From: an uncultured virus (IMG/VR IMGVR_UViG_3300027743_000024)
Lineage: Duplodnaviria; Heunggongvirae; Uroviricota; Caudoviricetes
Direction: 5' to 3' (one strand)
DNA: 64,000 nucleotides
Virus record (IMG/VR): IMGVR_UViG_3300027743_000024
The notes under the pieces were generated by a model that was given only the letters and a program-made list of their open reading frames with translations, did not search any database and had not been told where the DNA came from. Positions within the stretch are counted from its first letter, which is position 1. Every line of letters starts with the position of its first letter. A program made the translations under genes and the position numbers. This document shows, in pieces, positions 38,658 to 49,147 of the stretch.

Positions 38658-39821
38658 TTATACAGCTAGTTTTCTAAATCCAGCAAAGCTATTTGTCTGC
38701 TCTTTTTCTTCTCTTGTAGTTCCAGACTTAATCTTGCTTCTTCCATCTGAATAGTTTGATAGTTTCTTTTTAACTTCACTAACAACTTTATTCTTTAGGT
38801 TCTTTTCAAGTTTACTAGCATCCCAATTGTTTTTCATTAGGTATGCAAAGATGTATCTTGCTTCTGGTCCTTTATCAATTGAATCCTTTTGATATGCAGT
38901 GGCTCCTGTTTTCTTATCAACAACTTTGGTCATATAATCCCAAAGATCTTGTTTAGTTTTAGAATTAAATTTGAATCCAGATATTTCTTCTTTCTCAAAT
39001 AAACCTTTTTTAAAAGAATCCCATTCTTGTCTCTTAACTTCTTTCTGCTCTTCAGCATATCTTTTTTGAGAGGCAACTAGGATGTCTTTTTGTTCTCCTT
39101 CTAATTTTTGAAGTCTCTTGAGATGTGATTCAGCTTTAGCTTCTAATTTTCCTGCATCTTCATACAAAGAAATCTCATCATTAATCTCATCTTCATCTTC
39201 CCAACCAGCTGCAATTAGACCTTCTCTAATAACATGCTTCTGAGCTTCTTCATCACCTTCAAGTCTTAATCCAGAGAATGTTGAATCATTGTAATAGTAT
39301 TTGTGGAAGTCAGATGGTCTACCACCATTCTCAACAAACTCTAAATATTTCTGAGTATCCTCATCATATCCAGATCTCCATTTAGAGATACCATTTGTAA
39401 TTGTTTTAGCCTGAATCTTTTCTAGATATTCTTCAGAGTCTTCAAACTCTTCATCATTTTCATCCCAATCAAGCAAACCCTTATTTGCCATGTGACTAAT
39501 AAAAGGCTTTAAACTTCCTTCTTCAGATTCTTCTTCAACTTCTTCTTCCTCTTCTTTAGTTTCAGAGTATTCCTCGTCAACTTCTTCTTTAGGTTCAGAT
39601 TTCTTATTAGATTTCTTAGAATTTATTTCATCAACTTCTTTCTTTGCAGAATCAAATACATCTTCATTTGATGTATCATCATTGTCTTCAATAACTTCTT
39701 TACTTTCTGTTGTTTCCTTTTTAGCTTTAACTTCCTTTTCTGGTGCAGCTAATGCATCATCTTTTAAAAGATTGAATCCTTCAAAAGGATTCTCTTCTTT
39801 AACTTCTTTTTCTTTGCTCAT
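38658..39821 (-). CDS. Putative scaffolding protein
   Basis: Highly acidic 387 aa directly upstream of capsid gene. Confidence 0.65.
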   Translation of the reverse strand: MSKEKEVKEENPFEGFNLLKDDALAAPEKEVKAKKETTESKEVIEDNDDTSNEDVFDSAKKEVDEINSKKSNKKSEPKEEVDEEYSETKEEEEEVEEESEEGSLKPFISHMANKGLLDWDENDEEFEDSEEYLEKIQAKTITNGISKWRSGYDEDTQKYLEFVENGGRPSDFHKYYYNDSTFSGLRLEGDEEAQKHVIREGLIAAGWEDEDEINDEISLYEDAGKLEAKAESHLKRLQKLEGEQKDILVASQKRYAEEQKEVKRQEWDSFKKGLFEKEEISGFKFNSKTKQDLWDYMTKVVDKKTGATAYQKDSIDKGPEARYIFAYLMKNNWDASKLEKNLKNKVVSEVKKKLSNYSDGRSKIKSGTTREEKEQTNSFAGFRKLAV

Positions 39822-39841
39822 TTTAACTTTCCTTTTAATTT

Positions 39842-39874
39842 AATATAATGGTTTAACTTGTTATATGCAACTTA
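39842..39874 (-). promoter_or_regulatory. Putative late promoter
   Basis: TAAG TTGCAT N17 TATATT, 21 nt upstream of scaffold gene. Confidence 0.75.
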
Positions 39875-39913
39875 TTTATTAGGTTGGTATTGAAACTATA
39901 CTTTCTGTATAGC

Positions 39914-40441
39914 TTATAAATAATCTTTTAATTCATGGTCAAGTAGTCTCATAGCTATTTTGTCTTCTCCAAATGCTTCTAACTGGTCAATTAAGTTTTG
40001 AATCTTTCCTAGCTCTTCTTGTTGCTCTTGTAGGAATTTAATTGCTAATTGATGAAGCAAGTGATTACTCATCTTTAATGCATGTGTAGCTAATTCATTG
40101 CATTGCTTTGTAATAACTATCTCATGGTCATATGACTTTCTGATAATGTCAGGCAATCCTTCAAATGATCTCATTGGTTCTTTTAATGCTGGTGTATTAG
40201 GTTGTATACCCATATCTAATAGATATTCCTTTGCCCATGATGCATGAACCATTTCTCCATCTGAATCCTTCTGCCAAAGTTTAGCAGCATTTAAATACCC
40301 TTTATTATTTAACCACAATGACATTGCATGGTATATCCTGCTTGAATATTCTTCTTGTTCAATTCTAAAGTTTAATATATCAATGCATTCTTTTGATGTA
40401 AATGGGTTCTTTCCTTTTGGTGTAAATTTTGGTGTTATCAT
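39914..40441 (-). CDS. ftnA: Non-haem ferritin (FtnA-like)
   Basis: EEYSSRIY, EMVH, HEIVIT, EQQEE ferroxidase-centre motifs with ferritin spacing. Confidence 0.85.
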   Translation of the reverse strand: MITPKFTPKGKNPFTSKECIDILNFRIEQEEYSSRIYHAMSLWLNNKGYLNAAKLWQKDSDGEMVHASWAKEYLLDMGIQPNTPALKEPMRSFEGLPDIIRKSYDHEIVITKQCNELATHALKMSNHLLHQLAIKFLQEQQEELGKIQNLIDQLEAFGEDKIAMRLLDHELKDYL

Positions 40442-41709
40442 TTTGTTTGTTTATTTTTATATGTTGGGTCTTTCTTTTTATTGTATTGACCAGTAGGTAT
40501 TTTACCAGTTTCTGATAAGTATTTTATGTAAGCTTTTTTTTGATATGGAGTTAAATTAGAAGCTCCTACAACTGAACCAATCATATTGTTATATGCATCA
40601 GCTGCAGACTCTTTTACTTTCATTCCCATAGTTCTTGTGTCATCATCATCATTTTTATTTAACAAAGTTGATGCCTCATGTCCAAGTCCTAAAACATTAG
40701 AACCTATAAATCCTGCTGCTTTTGAAAAGCCTGGTATAGCACTTGCATATGGAATTAGATTTGCATATTTCTCTATTGCTTCTTGTGTATATCTACCAGC
40801 TGCTGCATGTCTTACATTATCTACTGATTCTGATGTTGTTTGTCTTCTTGTTCTAGGATCAACTACAAGTCCTTTATAATCTGAATCTATTTCAGCTTTA
40901 TTCATAGGATCCCCTAAACGTTTATTGATAGACTCTTCTATTCCACCTTCTTGGTATTTTTGAATGCCACCCATTTCCTTCTTATAAGACTCACCTCTTT
41001 CTATTTCAGTTACCCCTCCATACATTGTATCATATGTTTGTTTTGTAACTGGTTTATTATCTACAAAATAATATGGAGTTCCAGCTCCAGATACTGTTTG
41101 GTATTTTGCTTGCTTTGGTGGCAAATTTGGCAATGTTGGAATTTCAGCTTTTGGCTCAATAACTTTTTCAACTTTTATTGATTGATTCTGATATGGTGAA
41201 TCATTAAACTTAACTTGTTTGTTTTCTAATTTTTGTTTTACCAGTCTAACATCTTGAGTTGGATATTGATACATTGCTACATTATATCCAATGTTTGTTC
41301 CTGGTTTTTTTAAAAGCATTGATTGAGTTGGATTGTATCCAGCAATTGTTGATTGGTTAACTGTAGGACCTTCATTTAAGCTTGAGTATTTACTTTGTGT
41401 TGTATCAACATTCCGTATGTTTTTATTTACATTTTGTGGAACATAACCAGCACTTCTTAATGTATTTATATTTGACAGTCCTTGATTAGCCATCTCCATA
41501 CTATCTGTAAGCTTCTTAAATCTTGGATCATTAGGATCTGATGTATAATATGTTTTAGGAGTTGATGGAGGTAATGAAACTTTTCCACCACTCTCAAATT
41601 CTTCATAACTAGCATTATAGTCATCAATCATATCATTATATGAAAACCCACCTTTTTTGTAGGCTTTCATAAGTTCAGATTTTTTATCAGCAGATAATTT
41701 TGTCCACAT
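40438..41709 (-). CDS. Putative head cargo protein (423 aa)
   Basis: Repeated xxxGG motifs (YKKGG, FESGG, KEMGG, YQEGG) shared with cargo 1; C-terminal DNVRH...GHE...D.YNN motif. Confidence 0.5.
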   Translation of the reverse strand: MWTKLSADKKSELMKAYKKGGFSYNDMIDDYNASYEEFESGGKVSLPPSTPKTYYTSDPNDPRFKKLTDSMEMANQGLSNINTLRSAGYVPQNVNKNIRNVDTTQSKYSSLNEGPTVNQSTIAGYNPTQSMLLKKPGTNIGYNVAMYQYPTQDVRLVKQKLENKQVKFNDSPYQNQSIKVEKVIEPKAEIPTLPNLPPKQAKYQTVSGAGTPYYFVDNKPVTKQTYDTMYGGVTEIERGESYKKEMGGIQKYQEGGIEESINKRLGDPMNKAEIDSDYKGLVVDPRTRRQTTSESVDNVRHAAAGRYTQEAIEKYANLIPYASAIPGFSKAAGFIGSNVLGLGHEASTLLNKNDDDDTRTMGMKVKESAADAYNNMIGSVVGASNLTPYQKKAYIKYLSETGKIPTGQYNKKKDPTYKNKQTK

Positions 41710-44276
41710 TATTTCTTAGGAGTTTTTTTAGCATTAATTTTCATCTTTTCAATTTGCATCTTCTTATCCATCATATCTTTGTCAGCTTTATGCTTCTCTC
41801 TTGATAGTTTGTCTTGGTTTGCATTTTGAATCTTAATTGCTTCAATCTTTTTATTCTCTATTTCCTTTTTATTTTCCATTTCCTTTTCCTTAATAGACAT
41901 TTGCTTATCATGTTTGCCTTTATCATTGGAAATCTTTTGTTGCTCTGTAAATGATTTTGCAGAAAGTTCTTGTTGCTTTAGAGACTGCATTGCAATTTCC
42001 TGAGCATCAGGTATTGCATTTGCATTAGCATCTTCTGATGGCATTTTAAAATAGTTTGCAATCTCTTGCACTTCTATCTTAGTTCTATTTGCTGCATCAG
42101 AAACATACTGTTTTAAATCTCTTTCTTTCTGTCTATCCATCATCTCTTCTTGATGTCTAGCATTTTGAGCTTCTATATTAGCTTGATTGTCTTTAGACTG
42201 TTGTTCTTGTTGTTGCTTCTGTCTTTCATAGAAAGATTCTTCACCACGTTTAAGTTCAGCAATAATGTCTTTAGGACTATCATTTAATATTGTATTAATA
42301 ATTGTAGACAAGTCTGCTTTTTGTTGTTGCATTGCAACTTGTGCTAATTGTTCAAGCTTAGCAATAACTGCTTTGTCCTTAGAAGAGTTTGTTACAAACA
42401 CTGAAAATTCAGAATTCTCAAATTCAAATTCTTCTAGTCTTAGCATTTCAATTCCCATATCATCAGAAACATATTGCTGAACACTTCCATCCTTGTAAGC
42501 AATCTTAGCAACTTCTATTAATGATCCATACACTCTTCTAATAACTTCATTATGAGCAGTGAATAAATACTCTGTAATTAATGATGATTGATTAACAGCT
42601 CTTTCTGTATTACCTACAAGTTCAGAGTTATTAATTGCTCCAAGACGTTGAGGTGTAATACCAGACACTGTATATATCTGTTGCTCAATGTATTGTAAGT
42701 AGTTAATGTATGATTGAATTGAGTTTGCTAATGATAAGTCAATTGCTGTGAATTGATTAAAATTAGATGTCTTACCTTGTTGAGCTCCTTTGCCACTTTC
42801 CTCATGTGAATTGACAAAAGCTATCTTCATCTCATTTAAGTAGTACATCCATTGGTCAACATCAATACCTTCACTTCTAGGAATAGATGCCATGTCCATT
42901 AAAAACACTTTACCTTTGTCACTAGCAAATGCTAGCTCAAGTCTAAATGCAATAATATCATATAAATATTGATATGGCTTAAGTCTATCAATTAATGAAA
43001 CAGAACGTGAGTTAGTTGCTTCATAAATATATCCAGTGTAGCCAAGCTTGCAATAGTATGGGTTGTCCATTCTGCGTCTCTGGTTTTCTTTTGCTCTAAT
43101 ATCTAAATAAATATCTGCTCCAATTTTAACACCTTCCCAAGCCTCATTGATCCAATCCCATTCAAGTTCTGCATCAGGAAAGTTTTCTTTGAATAATTTA
43201 AATGAACTTCCAAATGTGTCATCAACCTGTTCCATTTGTGGTTGACCTTCTTCATCTGTGTAAGACAAGAAACCAATCTTTTTCATAGATATCCATTCAA
43301 CTCTGGCAACTCTGACAGCATAATTGTTTACATTGTTACCATTGAATGAAGATGTAGGTGTTGCTCCATTAATAACTGCTCTTCCATCAACTATCTGCAT
43401 TGTAGGTTCAAATCCACCTGCAGTGTTGAATGATCCAAATGTACCACGGGAGTATTCAATTAGTTTATCTCTAGTTTCATTAGTTAATTGATCACCATAT
43501 TCATCAATGATTGATGGCACAGTTAACATCCTTTCCTCAACCACTGCAATTGCATCATCATAAAATACACAGTCATCATCTAGAATTACAGTGATATTTA
43601 ATGTGTTACATTTTCTTAATGCTGGCTCTCCATTTAGAATACCAGTCCAATAAACTTCTTCTCCTGCAATTAATGCATCTTTAAATCCTTGATTGAATAA
43701 CCATTTAGTATTAAGTTTCTTTTTAAGAATCTTTAACATTCTATTTGCTTTTGATTCAATTAAATCTGAAGGAGAATATTGCTCAGCCTTAATAATTTGC
43801 TCAGGTGTTGGTGGAGGATTGTTTGGATCAATTGATGCTGGATCTATTTCAGCTTGTAACTGCTGATTCAATGCCAACAAAAGCTTCTTTTTTAAGTTAG
43901 CTTGCTTTCTATCTAAATCATCTGGAGCTTCAGATACTACTAATGAGTTATCTGGTTTAGCAGACTCTTCTCCAATTAAAAGTCTGATTGGTTCTGATAT
44001 CTTATCATAATGCATGAACTTGTCAGCCCATGTGTTACCTGTATATCCTAATGGATTACAAATAGCTTCTACATCACTCTTGTTAATTACACCATTATAT
44101 AAATCATAATTAGTAATCTTTTTAGATCTATCACTTCTTAAGTTTGATCCATTTGTATATCTGAAGTTTAGGTAGTAGTCAACTGATGACTCTTTCCATG
44201 CTTTATTCTTTTGTGCAGTTGTAACCTTTTGTACTGGAAGGGAACTTGAGCTTGCATTATCTATTGGTGCTGACAT
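41709..44276 (-). CDS. Portal protein
   Basis: 855 aa; NYDLYNG, LIGEE, WINEAWEG, SGITPQRLG motifs; follows terminase. Confidence 0.9.
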   Translation of the reverse strand: MSAPIDNASSSSLPVQKVTTAQKNKAWKESSVDYYLNFRYTNGSNLRSDRSKKITNYDLYNGVINKSDVEAICNPLGYTGNTWADKFMHYDKISEPIRLLIGEESAKPDNSLVVSEAPDDLDRKQANLKKKLLLALNQQLQAEIDPASIDPNNPPPTPEQIIKAEQYSPSDLIESKANRMLKILKKKLNTKWLFNQGFKDALIAGEEVYWTGILNGEPALRKCNTLNITVILDDDCVFYDDAIAVVEERMLTVPSIIDEYGDQLTNETRDKLIEYSRGTFGSFNTAGGFEPTMQIVDGRAVINGATPTSSFNGNNVNNYAVRVARVEWISMKKIGFLSYTDEEGQPQMEQVDDTFGSSFKLFKENFPDAELEWDWINEAWEGVKIGADIYLDIRAKENQRRRMDNPYYCKLGYTGYIYEATNSRSVSLIDRLKPYQYLYDIIAFRLELAFASDKGKVFLMDMASIPRSEGIDVDQWMYYLNEMKIAFVNSHEESGKGAQQGKTSNFNQFTAIDLSLANSIQSYINYLQYIEQQIYTVSGITPQRLGAINNSELVGNTERAVNQSSLITEYLFTAHNEVIRRVYGSLIEVAKIAYKDGSVQQYVSDDMGIEMLRLEEFEFENSEFSVFVTNSSKDKAVIAKLEQLAQVAMQQQKADLSTIINTILNDSPKDIIAELKRGEESFYERQKQQQEQQSKDNQANIEAQNARHQEEMMDRQKERDLKQYVSDAANRTKIEVQEIANYFKMPSEDANANAIPDAQEIAMQSLKQQELSAKSFTEQQKISNDKGKHDKQMSIKEKEMENKKEIENKKIEAIKIQNANQDKLSREKHKADKDMMDKKMQIEKMKINAKKTPKK

Positions 44277-46351
44277 TATCTTGCTTTAAATGTGAATTTG
44301 TTTTGTGAGTTATAATCTTTCTTTTCCCATAACTTTTTTAAAAACGGATCATTTGAATATGATCTTGAACTATTAGACATTGATTCTACATGTATCTTAT
44401 GTAAATCTTTAGTCTGTAGTATACACAGCATAAACGCAATAACTCTATCAAAGTTACCAGTGATATCATAAGCAACTAATTCCTTTAGTAATGCTATTGA
44501 TTTTATTGTGTGTAAGTTTAATATTTTATTACCATCTACATCATCTCTTTCAGAATATAACCAATCCTTTAGATAAAGCTCACATGTATCTTTAATGCCT
44601 GAAGAACCATTAGATCCTCTTGACATATGTATTCCATATCCCCGCTGAACTTTAGAGTCTTTAACTATATCTCTAATAATAGATGGTTGTTGGTATAAAT
44701 AATGTAATGAATTCTTTTGTTCAAAATATCCCTTAAACCCTTTTAACATATTCTCGTATAACACTTTAGCATTGTAATAAACACATAGTTTTCTACAGTT
44801 TTCATAGAAGTCATCTGCAAACTTAGGTCTACCAGTACATTCTGCTACCATTATATCATGTGTCTTACCTGCAGAATAGAATCTCTTATATACAAAGAAA
44901 GAACCTAATGAATTGGTTCCTGATTTATCCATATCATAAGGGTCACATCCAGCAACATATAATGCATATGGTATTTCTCCATTAACTCTCTCTGGTCTTT
45001 CAAATATTGCAATACATCCACTAGCATCTATATAAGAGTTTGAATCTTTGTTATTATTAAGTGGGAATTCTGTTATGTAGTGCATGTCATCTGATGGCTC
45101 AAACTCAATCTCACTATTTCTAAATACTAAATGTCCAGTCTCAACTGAGTTTCTAATAGAAGGAGTTGTCTCAACTGTTGATAGCCATTCTAACATTTCA
45201 GGAGAACTAAATATGGCCCCTTTATCTCTTAAAAAAGCTTCTTTATATGATAGAGGGAATTGTGTTAGAACACCATGCAAAGCTTTAGGATCAAGTCCAG
45301 TTTTAGCTTTATTTCTTAGATGCTCTAAGTCATCAATAGCTGCTGCTTCATTTGAATTACCATTCTCATCTACCATTGGTTGTTTATACCATTTAGAATC
45401 TGGGTTCATACATAGTCCCCAACGTCCTTTGGCTGCTGATGAAAAGAATCCAGTTAATTTAGATTGGTCCTCTGGGTCTTGGAACTCAAGCATATTATAC
45501 TTGCTTGGATTCATAAACATCTCATAGAAATATTTAGATCCTGTGTCCATGTTACCTGATGAACCAAATAGTAATGCAACTCCCGTATATATTGAACCAT
45601 CTTTAATAAGTGGTTCTGTATAAGAATATGTATCCACTATATTAGGGAATACACCAGTCTCATCCAGTATCAACCAATTAGCTGACAAACCCACGGCAGC
45701 TGTTGGGTTATCTTTAAATGATATTGATTTAACATTACTCTTATATCCTTTCCAAACTTTAATACCTCCTAAGTCAACTTGATATCTAGCAACTATATTA
45801 TCTTTTAAGTCTGGATTTCTTTGCTTTCTAAATTCTGTATTAGCATTTAAATGGTTAAGATTATCTACAACCATGTTCATTGTGTTCTGACTAAATGCAG
45901 ACATAAATGCACCAATAACAGTTCTTGAATCTGGATAGAATGTAAACTCATGTGAGCCAATAGCTCCTGCTTTATAACTCCATCCTTGACGTCTACCTTT
46001 AACAGCAATCAAACTTTTTTGGTTGTGTCTACAATAATCAATCATCCAAAAGTATTCATAATCTAAGTCAACAAACTTAGGGAATATCTTACTCTTCCTA
46101 CCAGTAGCTTCATTGTGACCTAATATAGGACAGAAGTTTAAATAAAAAAAATGTATACCTGTTATACTAATCCCATCTGAATTAGTAATTCCATTTATAC
46201 ATTTATCCTTTACATCTTCCCAGAACAACTTATATTCATATGTTCCTCTAGGCAAATTAGTATACATACCATTCTCATTAAAGAACTCAGCTAAATAGCT
46301 AAACTCTTTTGAGTTTGTAAATGTTTCTACATTTGGTATATACTTATTCAT
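44276..46351 (-). CDS. terL: Terminase large subunit
   Basis: Walker A KGRRQGWS, Walker B LILDE, nuclease GCDPY and NFDRV motifs. Confidence 0.92.
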   Translation of the reverse strand: MNKYIPNVETFTNSKEFSYLAEFFNENGMYTNLPRGTYEYKLFWEDVKDKCINGITNSDGISITGIHFFYLNFCPILGHNEATGRKSKIFPKFVDLDYEYFWMIDYCRHNQKSLIAVKGRRQGWSYKAGAIGSHEFTFYPDSRTVIGAFMSAFSQNTMNMVVDNLNHLNANTEFRKQRNPDLKDNIVARYQVDLGGIKVWKGYKSNVKSISFKDNPTAAVGLSANWLILDETGVFPNIVDTYSYTEPLIKDGSIYTGVALLFGSSGNMDTGSKYFYEMFMNPSKYNMLEFQDPEDQSKLTGFFSSAAKGRWGLCMNPDSKWYKQPMVDENGNSNEAAAIDDLEHLRNKAKTGLDPKALHGVLTQFPLSYKEAFLRDKGAIFSSPEMLEWLSTVETTPSIRNSVETGHLVFRNSEIEFEPSDDMHYITEFPLNNNKDSNSYIDASGCIAIFERPERVNGEIPYALYVAGCDPYDMDKSGTNSLGSFFVYKRFYSAGKTHDIMVAECTGRPKFADDFYENCRKLCVYYNAKVLYENMLKGFKGYFEQKNSLHYLYQQPSIIRDIVKDSKVQRGYGIHMSRGSNGSSGIKDTCELYLKDWLYSERDDVDGNKILNLHTIKSIALLKELVAYDITGNFDRVIAFMLCILQTKDLHKIHVESMSNSSRSYSNDPFLKKLWEKKDYNSQNKFTFKAR

Positions 46352-46353
46352 AA

Positions 46354-46875
46354 TTATTGTTCTTCAAACATTCCAACATCTGCATTACCCCTCACCTTTG
46401 TTCCATGAGATTCTTCTGATTTACATTGCTTTAATGCATCATTTAAACTCTGAACAGTTTTAGGCATTAGGTTAATAATCTTTATAACTTTTTCTGGATC
46501 ATCCTCACCTGCAAAATCTATACCTCTATAATACTCTTCCATTTTAAAGATGACAGAGTTAGCCGCATCTAACATTCTCATTGCTGGTGTTAGATGCAAG
46601 CTGGTATATTTCTCTATCCCTTCCTTTATATCTTTAGTTACACTAAACTTCTTGTCTTTAATTACATCACTAATAATAAGATTATGGCGGTCTTTATCAG
46701 GATGTATAAAATATGGAGAATTAAAATCAGAATAAAACCATATGTATTTTATTTGATTTGTAGCTAATGTCTTGTCCTTTGATTTGTCACTCTGCCATAA
46801 TTCAGAGAAAGGACTAATGCATAAAGCCTCTGGTGAGATTACTATTTTTGAATCAATTAAATCTATTATTCTCAT
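46354..46875 (-). CDS. Putative terminase small subunit
   Basis: 173 aa directly upstream of terL; DKSKDK and KVRG motifs. Confidence 0.5.
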   Translation of the reverse strand: MRIIDLIDSKIVISPEALCISPFSELWQSDKSKDKTLATNQIKYIWFYSDFNSPYFIHPDKDRHNLIISDVIKDKKFSVTKDIKEGIEKYTSLHLTPAMRMLDAANSVIFKMEEYYRGIDFAGEDDPEKVIKIINLMPKTVQSLNDALKQCKSEESHGTKVRGNADVGMFEEQ

Positions 46876-47029
46876 TTATCTTCCTTTGTAACTTCTGCTG
46901 ATATTTTATTATCAATGCATATGTTATATATCAATGTTGCTAACTTATCAAAGTCTTCACACTTGATTTTAATTTTGAATTTCTCTTTTGAGCTTTCAAA
47001 TGCTATTTCAAATGTTTCTTCCATCATCC

Positions 47030-47266
47030 TTATTTTAATAAATTAATTGCTTCATGCTCAGAGAATATCTGAATTGTTGGTTCTAGTTTCTTAACTCTTA
47101 ATTCTATAGTCTCAGCCCATTTAGCTTGGCCTTGAATCACTTCTTTCATTTCATCTATAATAATATAAGCCGTCTTTAATCTTGCTTCTAGTTCAATTAT
47201 AACACCAGCCAGGTTTAATCCTTTTTCTGAGCTATGTCTTGAAAATATATCATTTCCTTTTTCCAT
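47030..47266 (-). CDS. Hypothetical coiled-coil protein
   Basis: 78-aa ORF, coupled to upstream gene. Confidence 0.5.
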   Translation of the reverse strand: MEKGNDIFSRHSSEKGLNLAGVIIELEARLKTAYIIIDEMKEVIQGQAKWAETIELRVKKLEPTIQIFSEHEAINLLK

Positions 47267-47547
47267 TATTTTTCACTTGTTATTAGTATTTGGTGAAGAG
47301 CCTTTGCCATTGTATCAACCAATATCTCATCTCTATCTAAAGCATCATATCCTAAACTTTCAAACATGCAGTGCATTAGTTCATGTAAATAGACTTGCTC
47401 CTTCTGTTCTTGCGTAAGACTCTTCTTAATCTTAATAGTATTCTTTGACGCATCATGTTCTCCCCAACTACCCTCTTTATCAATTTTAACAACTTGTCTC
47501 ACTTTATATGTTTGACCAAATATCTGAAACTTTTTAGGAATTACCAT
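47266..47547 (-). CDS. Small zincin-like metallopeptidase
   Basis: YLHELMH (HExxH) motif followed by a downstream Glu. Confidence 0.65.
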   Translation of the reverse strand: MVIPKKFQIFGQTYKVRQVVKIDKEGSWGEHDASKNTIKIKKSLTQEQKEQVYLHELMHCMFESLGYDALDRDEILVDTMAKALHQILITSEK

Positions 47548-47809
47548 ATCTGAATCCTTTCACTTCTATATGTCCTGTAATTCTTTCCATTTCCTCATAT
47601 TTATGATTAACTTTAAAATACTCTCCATCAGACTTAATCATACACCATCTTTTGCTTGGTGTGCCTTTTGAATTCATGTATTCTTCAATTAATATTTCTG
47701 TAGATTCAAACTGTTTCTTTGACTGTACATTCCTTTTAATTAACTTCTGCTTACCATTCTTATCTGGCTTACCATATATATCATTCAGCACTTGCAGAGT
47801 TATTTTCAT
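47534..47809 (-). CDS. Hypothetical protein
   Basis: 91-aa ORF in packed operon. Confidence 0.55.
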   Translation of the reverse strand: MKITLQVLNDIYGKPDKNGKQKLIKRNVQSKKQFESTEILIEEYMNSKGTPSKRWCMIKSDGEYFKVNHKYEEMERITGHIEVKGFRYGNS

Positions 47810-47821
47810 ATTATTATTCCT

Positions 47822-48106
47822 CTAAAATTTGCCTATTGGACATTGACTTGTACTTCTCACTTTCAATCTTAATTCACAACCACATCCATTTACTATTTGA
47901 TCTTTCTTTCTTTTCTCACTTCCATATGTAAAGTCTTTTACCACTCTAGCTGTATTTCTAGCTGAACAAACAAATTGATCTCTTATAGGACAATCAAAGC
48001 ATCTCTTTAGTTTTTCCTCAGCAACACTTTCTACTGCTTCATTCTTGAATATCAGGTTCTTGAAACCCTGGAATATTTTTGGTATATCTTTTAGATCCAT
48101 CTTCAT
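47822..48106 (-). CDS. Cys-rich (zinc-binding) hypothetical protein
   Basis: CFDCP, GCGC, CPIGKF motifs. Confidence 0.6.
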   Translation of the reverse strand: MKMDLKDIPKIFQGFKNLIFKNEAVESVAEEKLKRCFDCPIRDQFVCSARNTARVVKDFTYGSEKRKKDQIVNGCGCELRLKVRSTSQCPIGKF

Positions 48107-48275
48107 TGTATTTTTTATTCACATGAAACTTGCCTAGGTATATGCAATTGATTGCTTTCTTCTCCTTAACCATATCTACAACAAACTTAAACTCACTCTT
48201 ACAGATTTCTTCTGCAAGGGCTTCACTTATGTTTAGCTTATTAGCAACTCTCTTAGCAATACCTTCAATTTGCAC
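48039..48275 (-). CDS. Possible HU-like small protein
   Basis: GTG start; IAKRVANKLNIS...IYLGKF resembles HU fold. Confidence 0.4.
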   Translation of the reverse strand: MQIEGIAKRVANKLNISEALAEEICKSEFKFVVDMVKEKKAINCIYLGKFHVNKKYNEDGSKRYTKNIPGFQEPDIQE

Positions 48276-48456
48276 TCTCTTCTAATTTTAATGTTCTTAC
48301 TATTATATAATCTTCATCAATGTGCTTCTCTATTATACATGTAAAGTCTGGATGCTTCCTTGCATATTCTCCCATTCTTTCTTCTGTAACAGAAACTAGC
48401 TCATCTAAGCTTTCATCATCATTTGCAACAATCTTTGCATTAATTATTTTTATCAT
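48265..48456 (-). CDS. Hypothetical protein
   Basis: 63-aa ORF overlapping neighbours. Confidence 0.45.
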   Translation of the reverse strand: MIKIINAKIVANDDESLDELVSVTEERMGEYARKHPDFTCIIEKHIDEDYIIVRTLKLEESAN

Positions 48457-48769
48457 TACATTTTATAACTATATTAACCTCTCCTCCTTCTATCATAGAT
48501 AGTATGTTAGGATTGATTATTAATTCTTTGCTTCCAATCAAAGTTTTCTTGTCCTTTAATTTCTTGATGTAATTATTAAAGCTCATTGTGTTAAGATTTA
48601 ATGTCTTTACAAGATGTGCTCTAGTGCTTCTATTTAAAGAACTAATGTTATTGTTAAGCATACCAACTATAATAGATAGTTCATATTCACTCATGTTCAA
48701 AAAGCAGTTCAATAACTTAATAGCTGCTTTGTTATAATTCTCTTTTGAGACAGGTATAATCTTTTGCAT
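48440..48769 (-). CDS. Winged-HTH-like DNA-binding protein
   Basis: SFNNYIKKLKDKK...IINPNI motif; first gene after a late promoter. Confidence 0.5.
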   Translation of the reverse strand: MQKIIPVSKENYNKAAIKLLNCFLNMSEYELSIIVGMLNNNISSLNRSTRAHLVKTLNLNTMSFNNYIKKLKDKKTLIGSKELIINPNILSMIEGGEVNIVIKCNDKNN

Positions 48770-48805
48770 TGTATTATAATAAAATGTATTATTGATGTAT
48801 ATATC

Positions 48806-48838
48806 AATATAAGCATTTAGATTATAAATTGCAACTTA
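48806..48838 (-). promoter_or_regulatory. Putative late promoter of the packaging operon
   Basis: TAAG TTGCAA N17 TATATT. Confidence 0.7.
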
Positions 48839-48864
48839 ATTTAATAATATATTTAATTATTAAA

Positions 48865-49141
48865 CAATAAAGAGTTTAAGCAGCAATTTAGCTACTCAAA
48901 CTCTATGTCTTGAAAATGAGAAGATTTTGATATCTTTAGTTTAACGGTTCCCTATTTGTCTTGTGTTTCCATTTAGACTCTTAGGATTATTCTGTTGAAT
49001 GGGTATTGCCTTTACACCTTGATGTACCATTCTTAAACCTATTATATTCTTTCACTGCAGGTATCTAAGGAAGTCCATATAACTTTCAAGTTTCCTTGTT
49101 TTGAATTAGGGCCTTAGACTAGTTGCAAACTTTCTCTGTCT
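48865..49141 (-). ncRNA. Candidate late-expressed non-coding RNA (~270 nt)
   Basis: Bounded by a promoter copy (49148-49180) and a 14-bp hairpin (48871-48904); longest ATG ORF seen is 29 aa. Confidence 0.45.
48871..48904 (-). terminator. Intrinsic terminator
   Basis: AGAGTTTGAGTAGC/GCTGCTTAAACTCT stem with G-U pairs valid only on minus strand, followed by TTATTG. Confidence 0.65.
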
Positions 49142-49147
49142 TTAATT

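Noticed and set aside
44276..46351. Intein or intron in terminase
   Set aside because: Length is normal and the ORF is continuous, with no splice-junction motifs noticed.
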